Below are positions 24,128 through 32,000 of a stretch of 32,000 bases of DNA, in pieces. Within the stretch, counting starts at the first letter, position 1, and each line of letters opens with the position of its first letter. Position numbers and translations under genes: made by a program. The stretch covers positions 630,001 through 662,000 of the forward strand of contig NZ_JAGIOS010000002.1 of assembly GCF_017876815.1 (NCBI RefSeq). Reading direction: 5' to 3'. The stretch comes from Sinorhizobium meliloti. Its GTDB lineage: Bacteria; Pseudomonadota; Alphaproteobacteria; Rhizobiales; Rhizobiaceae. The notes under the pieces are model-generated. The model searched no databases. It was not told the DNA's origin and saw only the letters and a list, made by a program, of their open reading frames with translations.

Positions 24128-25024
24128 CTACCCCTCTTTCGCCTCCTCGTTCCCCCTGAGCAGGTGGATCAGCGCCGAGAAGTCCTCTGCCCCGTGGCCG
24201 AGCTTCTCGAAGAGGCTGTAAAGCTGCGTCGCCTGTGCACCCATCGGCGTCGCCGCGCCGCTGGCGCTGGCGGCCTGCTGCGAGAGTTTCAGGTCTTTCA
24301 GCATGAGGCTCGCGGCGAACCCCGGTTTGTAGCCGCCATTGGCAGGCGAGGTCGGAACCGGGCCGGGCACCGGGCAATAGGTCGTCAGCGACCAGCACTG
24401 GCCCGACGAGGTAGAGGCCACGTCGAAGAGCGCCTGATGCGAGAGGCCGAGCCGTTCGGCGAGCACGAAGGCCTCGCAGACCGCCGCCATGGAAACGCCG
24501 AGGATCATGTTGTTGCAGATCTTCGCCGCCTGGCCGGCGCCGGCGTCGCCGCAATGGACGATCTTCTTGCCCATGGCTTCGAGCAGGTGCTTGCCGCGCG
24601 AGAAGGCGCCCTCGCTCCCTCCGACCATGAAGGTCAGCGTAGCGGCCGCCGCGCCCGCCGTGCCGCCGGAAACCGGCGCGTCGAGCGAAGGGCAGCCGGC
24701 CTTTTCGGCAAAGCCGTGCACCTTGCGCGCGCTTTCGACATCAATCGTAGAACTGTCGATCAGAAGCGTGCCGGGATCGACGAAGCCGAGCAGTTCGTCC
24801 CACACGTAAAGGACATGCGCGCTCGCCGGCAGCATGGTGATGACGCATTCCATCTCACGCACGGCCTGGGCGATCGAGCCGGCGACCGAGACGCCCGTCT
24901 TGGCGGCGGCATTGCGCGAGGCTTCCGACAGGTCGAAGCCGGTTACCGCGTGCCCCGCCTTCACCAGATTGGCGGCCATCGGTCCGCCCATGTTGCCAAG
25001 CCCGATAAAGGCGATCTTCGTCAT
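24128..25024 (-). CDS. mmsB: 3-hydroxyisobutyrate dehydrogenase, 298 aa
   Basis: MTKIAFIGLGNMGGPMAANL (NAD-binding motif), DAPVSGG, and GAGQAAKICNN. ATG at 25024 follows GAGGAGGAGA. The longer track ORF start has no support. Confidence 0.9.
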   Translation of the reverse strand: MTKIAFIGLGNMGGPMAANLVKAGHAVTGFDLSEASRNAAAKTGVSVAGSIAQAVREMECVITMLPASAHVLYVWDELLGFVDPGTLLIDSSTIDVESARKVHGFAEKAGCPSLDAPVSGGTAGAAAATLTFMVGGSEGAFSRGKHLLEAMGKKIVHCGDAGAGQAAKICNNMILGVSMAAVCEAFVLAERLGLSHQALFDVASTSSGQCWSLTTYCPVPGPVPTSPANGGYKPGFAASLMLKDLKLSQQAASASGAATPMGAQATQLYSLFEKLGHGAEDFSALIHLLRGNEEAKEG

Positions 25025-25070
25025 CGTGCCTCTCCTCCTCAACTGAATCCTGTCGCCAACTGCCCGCGCC

Positions 25071-26141
25071 TTATTCCTTCCCGGCGAAGAGCGGCGCGCC
25101 GTCATTCCTCCCGAAACGGGCGAGCAGATCGGGGGTAGCTTCCGAAAGCCCGACCGACCATTTCGGATTCCGGTCCTTGTCAATCACCGCGGCCCTGACG
25201 CCCTCGTAGAAATCCGGATTGGAAAGCATTCCGAGGGTCGCGGCATATTCCCGCTCGAGGCATTCGTTGAGCGTTGCGCTGGAGCGCCCTTCCCTTAAGA
25301 GCGACAGCGTCAGCTTGAGACTGATCGCCGATCGGGTCTTCAGGAGTTCGAGCGTCTCGCGCGCGAAATCCGACTCGTCCTTCTCCAGCGCCGCGAAGAT
25401 CTCCTCCACGGCATTGAAGGCGAAGCAACGGTCGATGACGGACAGGTGGTCCAGCAGGGCCGATGCCGGGGGCTCGCTCGAAACGGCGCGGATCGCCGCC
25501 GAAACGTCATCGGCGGTGGCCGAACCGGAAAGCGAGGAGAGCGCGCCGAGGAGCTCGCCGATCATCTCGGAGGGAACGAAACTGTCGGCGAGCCGCGCAT
25601 GGATGACCGCCGCCGCACCGATATCGCGGCCCGTCAGCCCGAGATAGGTACCGAACTCGCCGGGCGCGCGCGGCAGGAGCCAGGTCGCGCCGACATCGGT
25701 GAAATAGCCGATCCCCGTTTCCGGCATGGCAAAGCGCGTCCTCTCGGTCACGACCCGATGGCTGCCATGGGAGGAAACGCCGACGCCGCCGCCCATCACG
25801 ATCCCGTCCATGATCGCGATATAGGGCTTGGAGTAGGCTGAAATTCGGCTGTTGACGATGAACTCCTCGCGCCAGAACTGCGCACCTTCCCCAGGCCGTT
25901 CGCGGCCGCTTTCGTATATCATCCGGATGTCGCCGCCGGCGCAGAGGCCCCGTTCGCCCTCGCCCGTGACAAGCACTGCGGCAATCTCCGGGTCGCGCTC
26001 GAATTCGGTCAGCGCCGCAGCGATCGCGCGGATCATCGTGCGATTGAGGCTATTCAGTGCGCGCGGACGGTTGAGCCGCAGCCTGCCGATCGCGCCCTGG
26101 CGCTCGACAATGACCTCCGGAAGCGTGGTCTGCATCTCCAT
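25071..26141 (-). CDS. 3-hydroxyisobutyryl-CoA hydrolase (crotonase superfamily), 356 aa
   Basis: RLNRPRALNSL.., GEGERGLCAGGDIR, and IAIMDGIVMGGGVG, plus the long C-terminal extension typical of HIBCH-type enzymes. AGGAAGGA lies before the ATG. Confidence 0.87.
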   Translation of the reverse strand: MEMQTTLPEVIVERQGAIGRLRLNRPRALNSLNRTMIRAIAAALTEFERDPEIAAVLVTGEGERGLCAGGDIRMIYESGRERPGEGAQFWREEFIVNSRISAYSKPYIAIMDGIVMGGGVGVSSHGSHRVVTERTRFAMPETGIGYFTDVGATWLLPRAPGEFGTYLGLTGRDIGAAAVIHARLADSFVPSEMIGELLGALSSLSGSATADDVSAAIRAVSSEPPASALLDHLSVIDRCFAFNAVEEIFAALEKDESDFARETLELLKTRSAISLKLTLSLLREGRSSATLNECLEREYAATLGMLSNPDFYEGVRAAVIDKDRNPKWSVGLSEATPDLLARFGRNDGAPLFAGKE

Positions 26142-26153
26142 CGAAAATCCTTC

Positions 26154-27296
26154 CTATTTCCGTCCCATGATCGCACGCGACACGATCAGCCGCATGATCT
26201 CGTTGGTACCTTCGAGTATCTGGTGCACCCTCAGGTCGCGGACAATCTTCTCGACGCCGTAGTCGGCGAGATAGCCGTAGCCGCCATGCAATTGCAGTGC
26301 GTCATTGGCGACAGAAAAGCAGCGATCTGTGACAAAACGTTTGGCCATGGCGCAGAGCTTCGTCGCCTCCGGGTCCGCCGCATCGAGGGCGCAGGCCGCC
26401 CGCCAGAGGAAGGTCCGGGCGATTTCCAGATCCGTCGCCATGTCGGCGAGGCGGAACTGCAGCGCCTGGAATTCGCCGATCGCCTTCCCGAAGGCCCGGC
26501 GTTCCTGGACATAGGCGAGCGCTTTGTCGAAAGCGGATTGCGCGCCGCCGAGCGAGGCGGCGGCGATACTGAGCCTTCCGCCATCGAGGCCGGCCATGGC
26601 GATCCTGAAGCCCTCGCCCTCGACCCCCAGGCGGTTCTCGACGGAAACGCGAACATTGTCGAGCATCACCGCCCGCGTGGGCTGGGCATGCCAGCCCATC
26701 TTCTTCTCATTGGCGCCGAAGGTGAGCCCCGGAGCGTCCTTCTCGACGACAAATGCGGAGATCCCCTTCGGCCCCTCCTCGCCCGTGCGAGCCATGACGA
26801 TATAAAGGCCGGACTCGCCGGCACCGGAAATGAACTGTTTCTGGCCGGTAAGCAGATAGGCGTCACCCTCGCGCACCGCCCTTGTCTTGAGCGCGGCCGC
26901 GTCCGAGCCGGAGCCGGGCTCCGTCAGACAATAGCTCGCCAGAACGTCCATCGTGAGAAGCGGCGGAAGCAGGCGCCGGCGCTGCTCATCCGTGCCGTAG
27001 CGGTCGATCATGCCCGCGCACATGTTGTGGATCGAAACGAAGGAGGCGATCGCGGGGCAGCCGGTCGCGAGCGCCTCGATGATCATTGCCGCGTCGAGGC
27101 GGGTAAGTCCCGTTCCGCCGACGTCGTCGCGGATATAGATCCCCGCCATTCCGAGCGCAGCCGCCGCGCGCAAAGTCTCCACCGGAAAATGCTTCTGCTG
27201 GTCCCAGTCGACGGCGTGGGGCGCGATCTCGTCCCGCGCAAAATCGAGCGCCATCGTGCGGATGGCCTCCTGCTCCTCCGACAGGCGAAAATCCAT
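26154..27296 (-). CDS. Acyl-CoA dehydrogenase (isobutyryl-CoA dehydrogenase type), 380 aa
   Basis: MDFRLSEEQEAIR.., CLTEPGSGSDAA, QLHGGYGY and ILEGTNEIMR. GGAGG lies 8 nt before the ATG at 27296. First gene of the acd-hibch-mmsB operon. Confidence 0.9.
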   Translation of the reverse strand: MDFRLSEEQEAIRTMALDFARDEIAPHAVDWDQQKHFPVETLRAAAALGMAGIYIRDDVGGTGLTRLDAAMIIEALATGCPAIASFVSIHNMCAGMIDRYGTDEQRRRLLPPLLTMDVLASYCLTEPGSGSDAAALKTRAVREGDAYLLTGQKQFISGAGESGLYIVMARTGEEGPKGISAFVVEKDAPGLTFGANEKKMGWHAQPTRAVMLDNVRVSVENRLGVEGEGFRIAMAGLDGGRLSIAAASLGGAQSAFDKALAYVQERRAFGKAIGEFQALQFRLADMATDLEIARTFLWRAACALDAADPEATKLCAMAKRFVTDRCFSVANDALQLHGGYGYLADYGVEKIVRDLRVHQILEGTNEIMRLIVSRAIMGRK

Positions 27297-27412
27297 ATGC
27301 ATGTCCTCCCTGACCCGCATAGTGATGGTGTATGGCCTAGTTACAATAAATGCCGTACAGGCACAGGCGTAAATTCTCACAGTATCTGTTCAAAAACGAA
27401 CAGAGCGGGAGT

Positions 27413-28831
27413 TCAGCTCTCACTCAGACGATACGGCAGAGCGCCACGCATGTCATGGTCGACGATCAGCTTACGCTTGAGTGGCGGCACCGCACGGCTC
27501 GCGCATCTGGTGCGCTCGCAGATGCGGCAGGAAATTCCGATCGGATCGTAGGCGGCGCGGTTGCCGAGGTCCATGTCGTCCGCATAGACGAAGGCGTCGG
27601 CGTAGGAGATTTCACAGCCGAGCGCCAAGGCGTAACGGGGATGGGCGGCGCGGTAGCCGCCGCCGCCTTTGGTGATCTGGGTCGCAAGGCAGAGATAGCG
27701 CACGCCATCCGGCGTCTCCGCAAGCTGGCGGATGATCCGGCCGGGCGTCTCGAAGGCCTGGTGCACGTTCCAGAGCGGACAGGCCGCACCGAAACGGGCG
27801 AATTGCAGCTTGGCGGCGCTGTGGCGCTTGGTGATGTTGCCGGCCCGGTCGATCCGCGCGAAGAAGATCGGAATGCCTTTCTGCCCAGGCCGCTGCAGCG
27901 TCGAAAGCCGATGACAGACCTGCTCCAGCGAGGCACCGAAACGGGCTGCAAGAAGCTCCACGTCGTGGCGCAGATCGCGCGCGGCTTTCAGGAACGGCTG
28001 GTAGGGCAGGATCAGCGCGCCGGCGAAATAGTTCTGCAGGCCGATTCGACAGATCTCATAGGCTTCCTCGGTGCGGAAGCCGGCGCTTCCCGCGACACGG
28101 TCGATCTCCTCGCGGGCCTGCATCTGGGCGATCTGCAATGCGAGCTGGAAGTCGCGCGTCGCCGCCGGCGCGTAAGGATTGAGCGTGAGTAGGCGGGCGC
28201 GGGGATCGAAACGGCGGATCGCCTCGTCGCCCGCTGCCCCGCGCACGACACGTATCCCGTGGCGCGCTTCCAGATAGGTGGCGAGGGCCGCGTGGTTGTC
28301 GCCATCGCCGAGACCGAGCTCACCCGCGAGCGTCTCGGCAAGCGTGTCGATCTCGTGGATGTAGTTGTCGACGAAGTGGAAGAAGTCGCGCACCTCTTCA
28401 TAGGGCGTCGTCTCGACGAAGGAAGCGCCGCGGCCGATCGTGTCGTCGATGCTGGCGAGCTGCTCGCTGTTGCGCCGATAGGCCTGGTGGCAGGAGATCA
28501 GCGCATGGGCGAGCCCCGGCGCATTCTGGGCGACGAGCTTCAGCTCCTGCAGGCTCGGCGAATAGGTCTCGAACAAGGGATCGCTCAGCGCCTCCGACAG
28601 CGCCGAGAGAAGCCGGTCGCTTTCGCCGGAAGAAAGCTCGGCGATGTCGATCTGGAACTTCTCCGCGAGTGCCAGCAGTACCGCCGCCGATACGGGACGC
28701 TGATTATTCTCGATCTGGTTGAGATAGCTCGTGGAGATGCCGATGCGCTCGGCGAACTGCCCCTGGGTCAGTCGCTTGCCATCCCTCAGATCCCTGACCT
28801 TGCGGCCGATATAAAGCTTGCCGATCGCCAT
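27413..28831 (-). CDS. XRE-HTH / M78-peptidase-like / DUF2083 regulator (ScfR, PrpR-RamB type short-chain acyl-CoA regulator), 472 aa
   Basis: The N-terminus IGRKVRDLRDGKRLTQGQFAERIGISTSYLNQIENNQRPVS is an XRE HTH. The long effector region ends in a Cys-rich tail (CPLWN.., ISCRICERTRC). ATG at 28831 (MAIGKLYIG). Divergent from pccB. Confidence 0.85.
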   Translation of the reverse strand: MAIGKLYIGRKVRDLRDGKRLTQGQFAERIGISTSYLNQIENNQRPVSAAVLLALAEKFQIDIAELSSGESDRLLSALSEALSDPLFETYSPSLQELKLVAQNAPGLAHALISCHQAYRRNSEQLASIDDTIGRGASFVETTPYEEVRDFFHFVDNYIHEIDTLAETLAGELGLGDGDNHAALATYLEARHGIRVVRGAAGDEAIRRFDPRARLLTLNPYAPAATRDFQLALQIAQMQAREEIDRVAGSAGFRTEEAYEICRIGLQNYFAGALILPYQPFLKAARDLRHDVELLAARFGASLEQVCHRLSTLQRPGQKGIPIFFARIDRAGNITKRHSAAKLQFARFGAACPLWNVHQAFETPGRIIRQLAETPDGVRYLCLATQITKGGGGYRAAHPRYALALGCEISYADAFVYADDMDLGNRAAYDPIGISCRICERTRCASRAVPPLKRKLIVDHDMRGALPYRLSES

Positions 28832-28844
28832 GCTCGCAGCCCGT

Positions 28845-28874
28845 TTCGCAATTTTGCAATTTGCGCTTCGCAAT
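28845..28874. promoter_or_regulatory. Candidate ScfR/PrpR operator cluster in the scfR-pccB divergent region
   Basis: TTCGCAAT (28845-28852), TTTGCAAT (28853-28860) and TTCGCAAT (28867-28874), with the reverse complement ATTGCGAA at 28932-28939. These resemble the TTTGCAAA core reported for actinobacterial PrpR/RamB (recalled from memory). Confidence 0.4.
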
Positions 28875-28984
28875 ATTGTATGTTTCACCTTTGCACATGA
28901 TCGGCCGTTTTTCCATCCGGCCTTCGGCGCTATTGCGAAGGTCGGCAAGCCTCTGCACAATCAGCAAAAAACGGGAGGAGAGCG

Positions 28985-30517
28985 ATGCGCGCGGTACTTG
29001 AACAGGTGGAAGCCCGACGGGCCGAGGCGCGGGCGGGGGGCGGCGAACGCCGCATCGCTGCGCAGCACGGCAAGGGCAAGCTGACGGCGCGCGAGCGCAT
29101 CGACGTGCTTCTGGACGAGGGCTCCTTCGAAGAATACGACATGTATGTGACGCATCGCAGCGTCGATTTCGGCATGGCTGGCCAGAAGATCCCCGGCGAC
29201 GGCGTCGTCACCGGCTGGGGCACGATCAACGGCCGCCAGGTCTATGTCTTCAGCCAGGACTTCACGGTCCTCGGCGGCTCGCTTTCCGAGACGCATGCCC
29301 AGAAGATCTGCAAGATCATGGACATGGCCGCGCGCAACGGTGCGCCGGTGATCGGCCTCAATGATTCCGGCGGCGCCCGCATCCAGGAGGGTGTCGCCTC
29401 GCTCGCCGGCTATGCCGAGGTCTTCCGCCGCAATGCCGAGGTTTCGGGCGTCATTCCGCAGATCTCGGTGATCATGGGCCCCTGCGCCGGCGGCGCCGTC
29501 TATTCGCCGGCGATGACCGACTTTATCTTCATGGTGCGCGACAGTTCCTACATGTTCGTGACCGGTCCCGACGTCGTGAAGACGGTCACCAATGAGATCG
29601 TCACCGCGGAAGAGCTCGGCGGCGCCCGCACGCACACGACGAAATCCTCCGTCGCCGACGGCGCCTACGAAAACGACATCGAGGCCCTCGAGCATGTGCG
29701 CCTGCTCTTCGATTTCCTGCCGCTCAACAACCGCGAGAAGCCGCCGGTCCGGCCCTTCCATGACGATCCGGGACGCCTAGAGATGCGCCTCGACAGCCTG
29801 ATCCCGGACAGTGCCGCCAAGCCATACGACATGAAGGAATTGATCCTCGCCATCGCCGACGAGGCCGATTTCTTCGAACTGCAGGCAAGCTTCGCCCGCA
29901 ACATCATCACCGGCTTCATCCGCATCGAGGGCCAGACGGTCGGCGTCGTCGCCAACCAGCCGATGGTTCTCGCCGGCTGCCTCGACATCGACTCCTCGCG
30001 CAAGGCCGCGCGTTTCGTCCGCTTCTGCGACGCCTTTTCTATCCCGATCCTGACGCTGGTCGACGTGCCCGGCTTCCTGCCCGGCACCGCCCAGGAATAT
30101 GGCGGCGTCATCAAGCACGGCGCCAAGCTGCTCTTCGCCTATAGCCAGGCGACGGTCCCCATGGTGACGCTGATCACGCGCAAGGCCTATGGCGGCGCCT
30201 ATGACGTCATGGCGTCCAAACACATCGGAGCCGACGTGAACTACGCCTGGCCGACGGCTGAGATCGCCGTGATGGGCGCCAAGGGCGCGACCGAGATTCT
30301 CTACCGTTCCGAACTCGGCGATCCCGAGAAGATCGCGGCCCGGACGAAAGAATACGAAGAGCGCTTCGCCAATCCCTTCGTCGCCGCCGAGCGAGGCTTC
30401 ATAGACGAGGTGATCATGCCGCACTCCTCCCGCCGCCGCATCGCCCGCGCGTTCGCCTCCTTGCGCAACAAGCAGGTCGAGACCCGCTGGCGCAAGCACG
30501 ACACCATCCCGCTTTGA
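28985..30517 (+). CDS. pccB: Propionyl-CoA carboxylase beta subunit (carboxyltransferase), 510 aa
   Basis: ATG follows [21 protein letters not shown]-type N-terminus, [13 protein letters not shown], and ..[17 protein letters not shown].. are diagnostic of acyl-CoA carboxyltransferases. Confidence 0.93.
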   Translation: MRAVLEQVEARRAEARAGGGERRIAAQHGKGKLTARERIDVLLDEGSFEEYDMYVTHRSVDFGMAGQKIPGDGVVTGWGTINGRQVYVFSQDFTVLGGSLSETHAQKICKIMDMAARNGAPVIGLNDSGGARIQEGVASLAGYAEVFRRNAEVSGVIPQISVIMGPCAGGAVYSPAMTDFIFMVRDSSYMFVTGPDVVKTVTNEIVTAEELGGARTHTTKSSVADGAYENDIEALEHVRLLFDFLPLNNREKPPVRPFHDDPGRLEMRLDSLIPDSAAKPYDMKELILAIADEADFFELQASFARNIITGFIRIEGQTVGVVANQPMVLAGCLDIDSSRKAARFVRFCDAFSIPILTLVDVPGFLPGTAQEYGGVIKHGAKLLFAYSQATVPMVTLITRKAYGGAYDVMASKHIGADVNYAWPTAEIAVMGAKGATEILYRSELGDPEKIAARTKEYEERFANPFVAAERGFIDEVIMPHSSRRRIARAFASLRNKQVETRWRKHDTIPL

Positions 30518-30529
30518 CGGGAGAACCCG

Positions 30530-32000
30530 ATGGGACACATGTTCAAAAAGATCCTCATCGCCAATCGTGGTGAAATCGCCTGCCGCGTCATCCGCACCGC
30601 GAAGGCTCTCGGCATTCCGACCGTCGCCGTCTATTCGGATGCCGACCGCGACGCCATGCATGTGCGCATGGCGGACGAGGCCGTCCATATCGGCCCATCC
30701 CCATCCAGCCAATCCTACATCGTCATCGAGAATATCCTCGCGGCGATCCGCAGGACCGGGGCCGATGCCGTTCACCCCGGCTACGGCTTCCTCTCCGAAA
30801 ACGCCGCCTTCGCCGAGGCTCTCGAGAAGGATGGCGTGACCTTCATCGGCCCGCCGGTCCGGGCGATCGAGGCGATGGGGGACAAGATCACCTCCAAGAA
30901 GCTCGCCGCCGAAGCGGGCGTTTTCACCGTTCCCGGCCATATGGGGCTGATCGAGGATGCGGACGAGGCCGCGCGCATCGCCGCTGAGATCGGCTTTCCG
31001 GTGATGATCAAGGCTTCCGCCGGCGGCGGCGGCAAGGGCATGCGGATCGCCTGGAACGAGCGGGAGGCACGCGAGGGTTTCCAGTCGTCGAAAAACGAGG
31101 CGAAGAGCTCCTTCGGCGACGACCGCATCTTCATCGAGAAATTCGTGACCGAGCCCCGCCACATCGAGATTCAGGTGCTCGGCGACAAGCATGGCAATAT
31201 CGTCTATCTCGGCGAGCGCGAATGCTCGATCCAGCGGCGGAACCAGAAGGTCATCGAGGAGGCGCCCTCGCCCTTTCTCGACGAGAAGACGCGCCGCGCC
31301 ATGGGCGAGCAGGCGGTCGCCCTGGCAAAGGCCGTCGGCTATCACTCGGCCGGCACCGTCGAATTCATCGTGGACGCCGGCCGCAACTTCTACTTTCTCG
31401 AGATGAACACCCGGCTTCAGGTCGAGCATCCCGTGACGGAACTCGTCACCGGCCTCGATCTGGTCGAGCAGATGATCCGCGTCGCGGCCGGCGCGAAATT
31501 GGCTTTCGCCCAGAAAGACGTGAAGCTCGACGGCTGGGCGATCGAAAGCAGGCTCTATGCGGAAGACCCCTACCGCAATTTCCTCCCGTCGATCGGCCGG
31601 CTGACGCGCTATCGCCCGCCCGAGGAAGGCACGCAGGCGGACGGCACCGTCATCCGCAACGACACAGGCGTCTTCGAAGGCGGCGAGATCTCGATGTATT
31701 ACGATCCGATGATCGCCAAGCTCTGCACCTGGGGACCGGACCGGCTGACGGCGGTCCGGGCGATGGCGGACGCGCTCGACGCATTCGAGGTCGAGGGCAT
31801 CGGTCACAACCTGCCCTTCCTCGCAGCCGTGATGCAGCAGGAGCGTTTCCATGAGGGGCGGCTGACCACCGCTTATATCGCCGAGGAATTTGCCGGCGGT
31901 TTCCACGGGGTGGCGCTGGACGATGCATCCGCACGCAAGCTCGCCGCCGTCGCGGCGACGGTCAACCAGACGCTCCAGGAGCGCGCCAGCCGCATTTCGG
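30530..32000 (+). CDS. pccA: Propionyl-CoA carboxylase alpha subunit (biotin carboxylase + BCCP), N-terminal ~490 aa; continues past the window end
   Basis: Not on the ORF track because there is no stop in the window. Manual translation from ATG 30530 (GGGAGA 6 nt upstream) gives [45 protein letters not shown].., [24 protein letters not shown] (31001) and [14 protein letters not shown] (31400), all in frame. Confidence 0.93.
   Translation, partial: MGHMFKKILIANRGEIACRVIRTAKALGIPTVAVYSDADRDAMHVRMADEAVHIGPSPSSQSYIVIENILAAIRRTGADAVHPGYGFLSENAAFAEALEKDGVTFIGPPVRAIEAMGDKITSKKLAAEAGVFTVPGHMGLIEDADEAARIAAEIGFPVMIKASAGGGGKGMRIAWNEREAREGFQSSKNEAKSSFGDDRIFIEKFVTEPRHIEIQVLGDKHGNIVYLGERECSIQRRNQKVIEEAPSPFLDEKTRRAMGEQAVALAKAVGYHSAGTVEFIVDAGRNFYFLEMNTRLQVEHPVTELVTGLDLVEQMIRVAAGAKLAFAQKDVKLDGWAIESRLYAEDPYRNFLPSIGRLTRYRPPEEGTQADGTVIRNDTGVFEGGEISMYYDPMIAKLCTWGPDRLTAVRAMADALDAFEVEGIGHNLPFLAAVMQQERFHEGRLTTAYIAEEFAGGFHGVALDDASARKLAAVAATVNQTLQERASRIS

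Noticed and set aside
26223-27551. 442-aa plus-strand ORF
   Set aside because: It is antisense to the acyl-CoA dehydrogenase gene and crosses the intergenic region into the regulator gene.
29777-31906. 709-aa minus-strand ORF
   Set aside because: It is antisense to pccB and pccA, both of which have diagnostic motifs on the plus strand. It has low-complexity, Arg/Asp/Gly-rich composition.

Overview
High-GC alphaproteobacterial DNA with no rRNA, tRNA, CRISPR array, transposase or integrase. From memory, the gene order glnII ... mmsB ... pccB-pccA resembles the pSymB chromid of Sinorhizobium/Ensifer; I could not verify this. Left to right: (1) the tail of a CUT2 sugar ABC operon (ATPase 3' part, permease, terminator). 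(2) A divergent LysR regulator / EamA-DMT exporter pair. (3) A LacI regulator divergent from a second CUT2 sugar ABC operon (ATPase-permease-SBP), with a clear double operator. (4) A tripartite tricarboxylate module: tctD-tctE two-component genes, an orphan Fe(3+)-type periplasmic binding protein, then tctC-tctB-tctA. (5) A gene-decay patch: a small ORF, a triple-frameshifted conserved gene and an autotransporter beta-barrel remnant. (6) glnII (glutamine synthetase II) with a sigma-54 promoter and a divergent roughly 60-aa gstI-like ORF. (7) A HAD hydrolase and a GT2 glycosyltransferase. (8) A mannitol-dehydrogenase-family oxidoreductase plus an SDR. (9) A valine/propionate block: acyl-CoA dehydrogenase, 3-hydroxyisobutyryl-CoA hydrolase and mmsB, then a ScfR/PrpR-like regulator divergent from pccB-pccA. 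pccA runs off the 3' edge and is missing from the ORF track. Many long track ORFs are shadow frames antisense to real genes, as expected at this GC content. I found no obvious new multi-gene system such as a defence island. The best candidates for follow-up are the transporter-less SBP between tctDE and tctCBA, the gstI-like/glnII control region, two families of structured intergenic repeats (one inserted inside operons), a tandem 15-bp repeat with a start-overlapping uORF, and two unannotated small ORFs with coding-like codon bias. Family names come from motif recognition by eye, and no database search was run.
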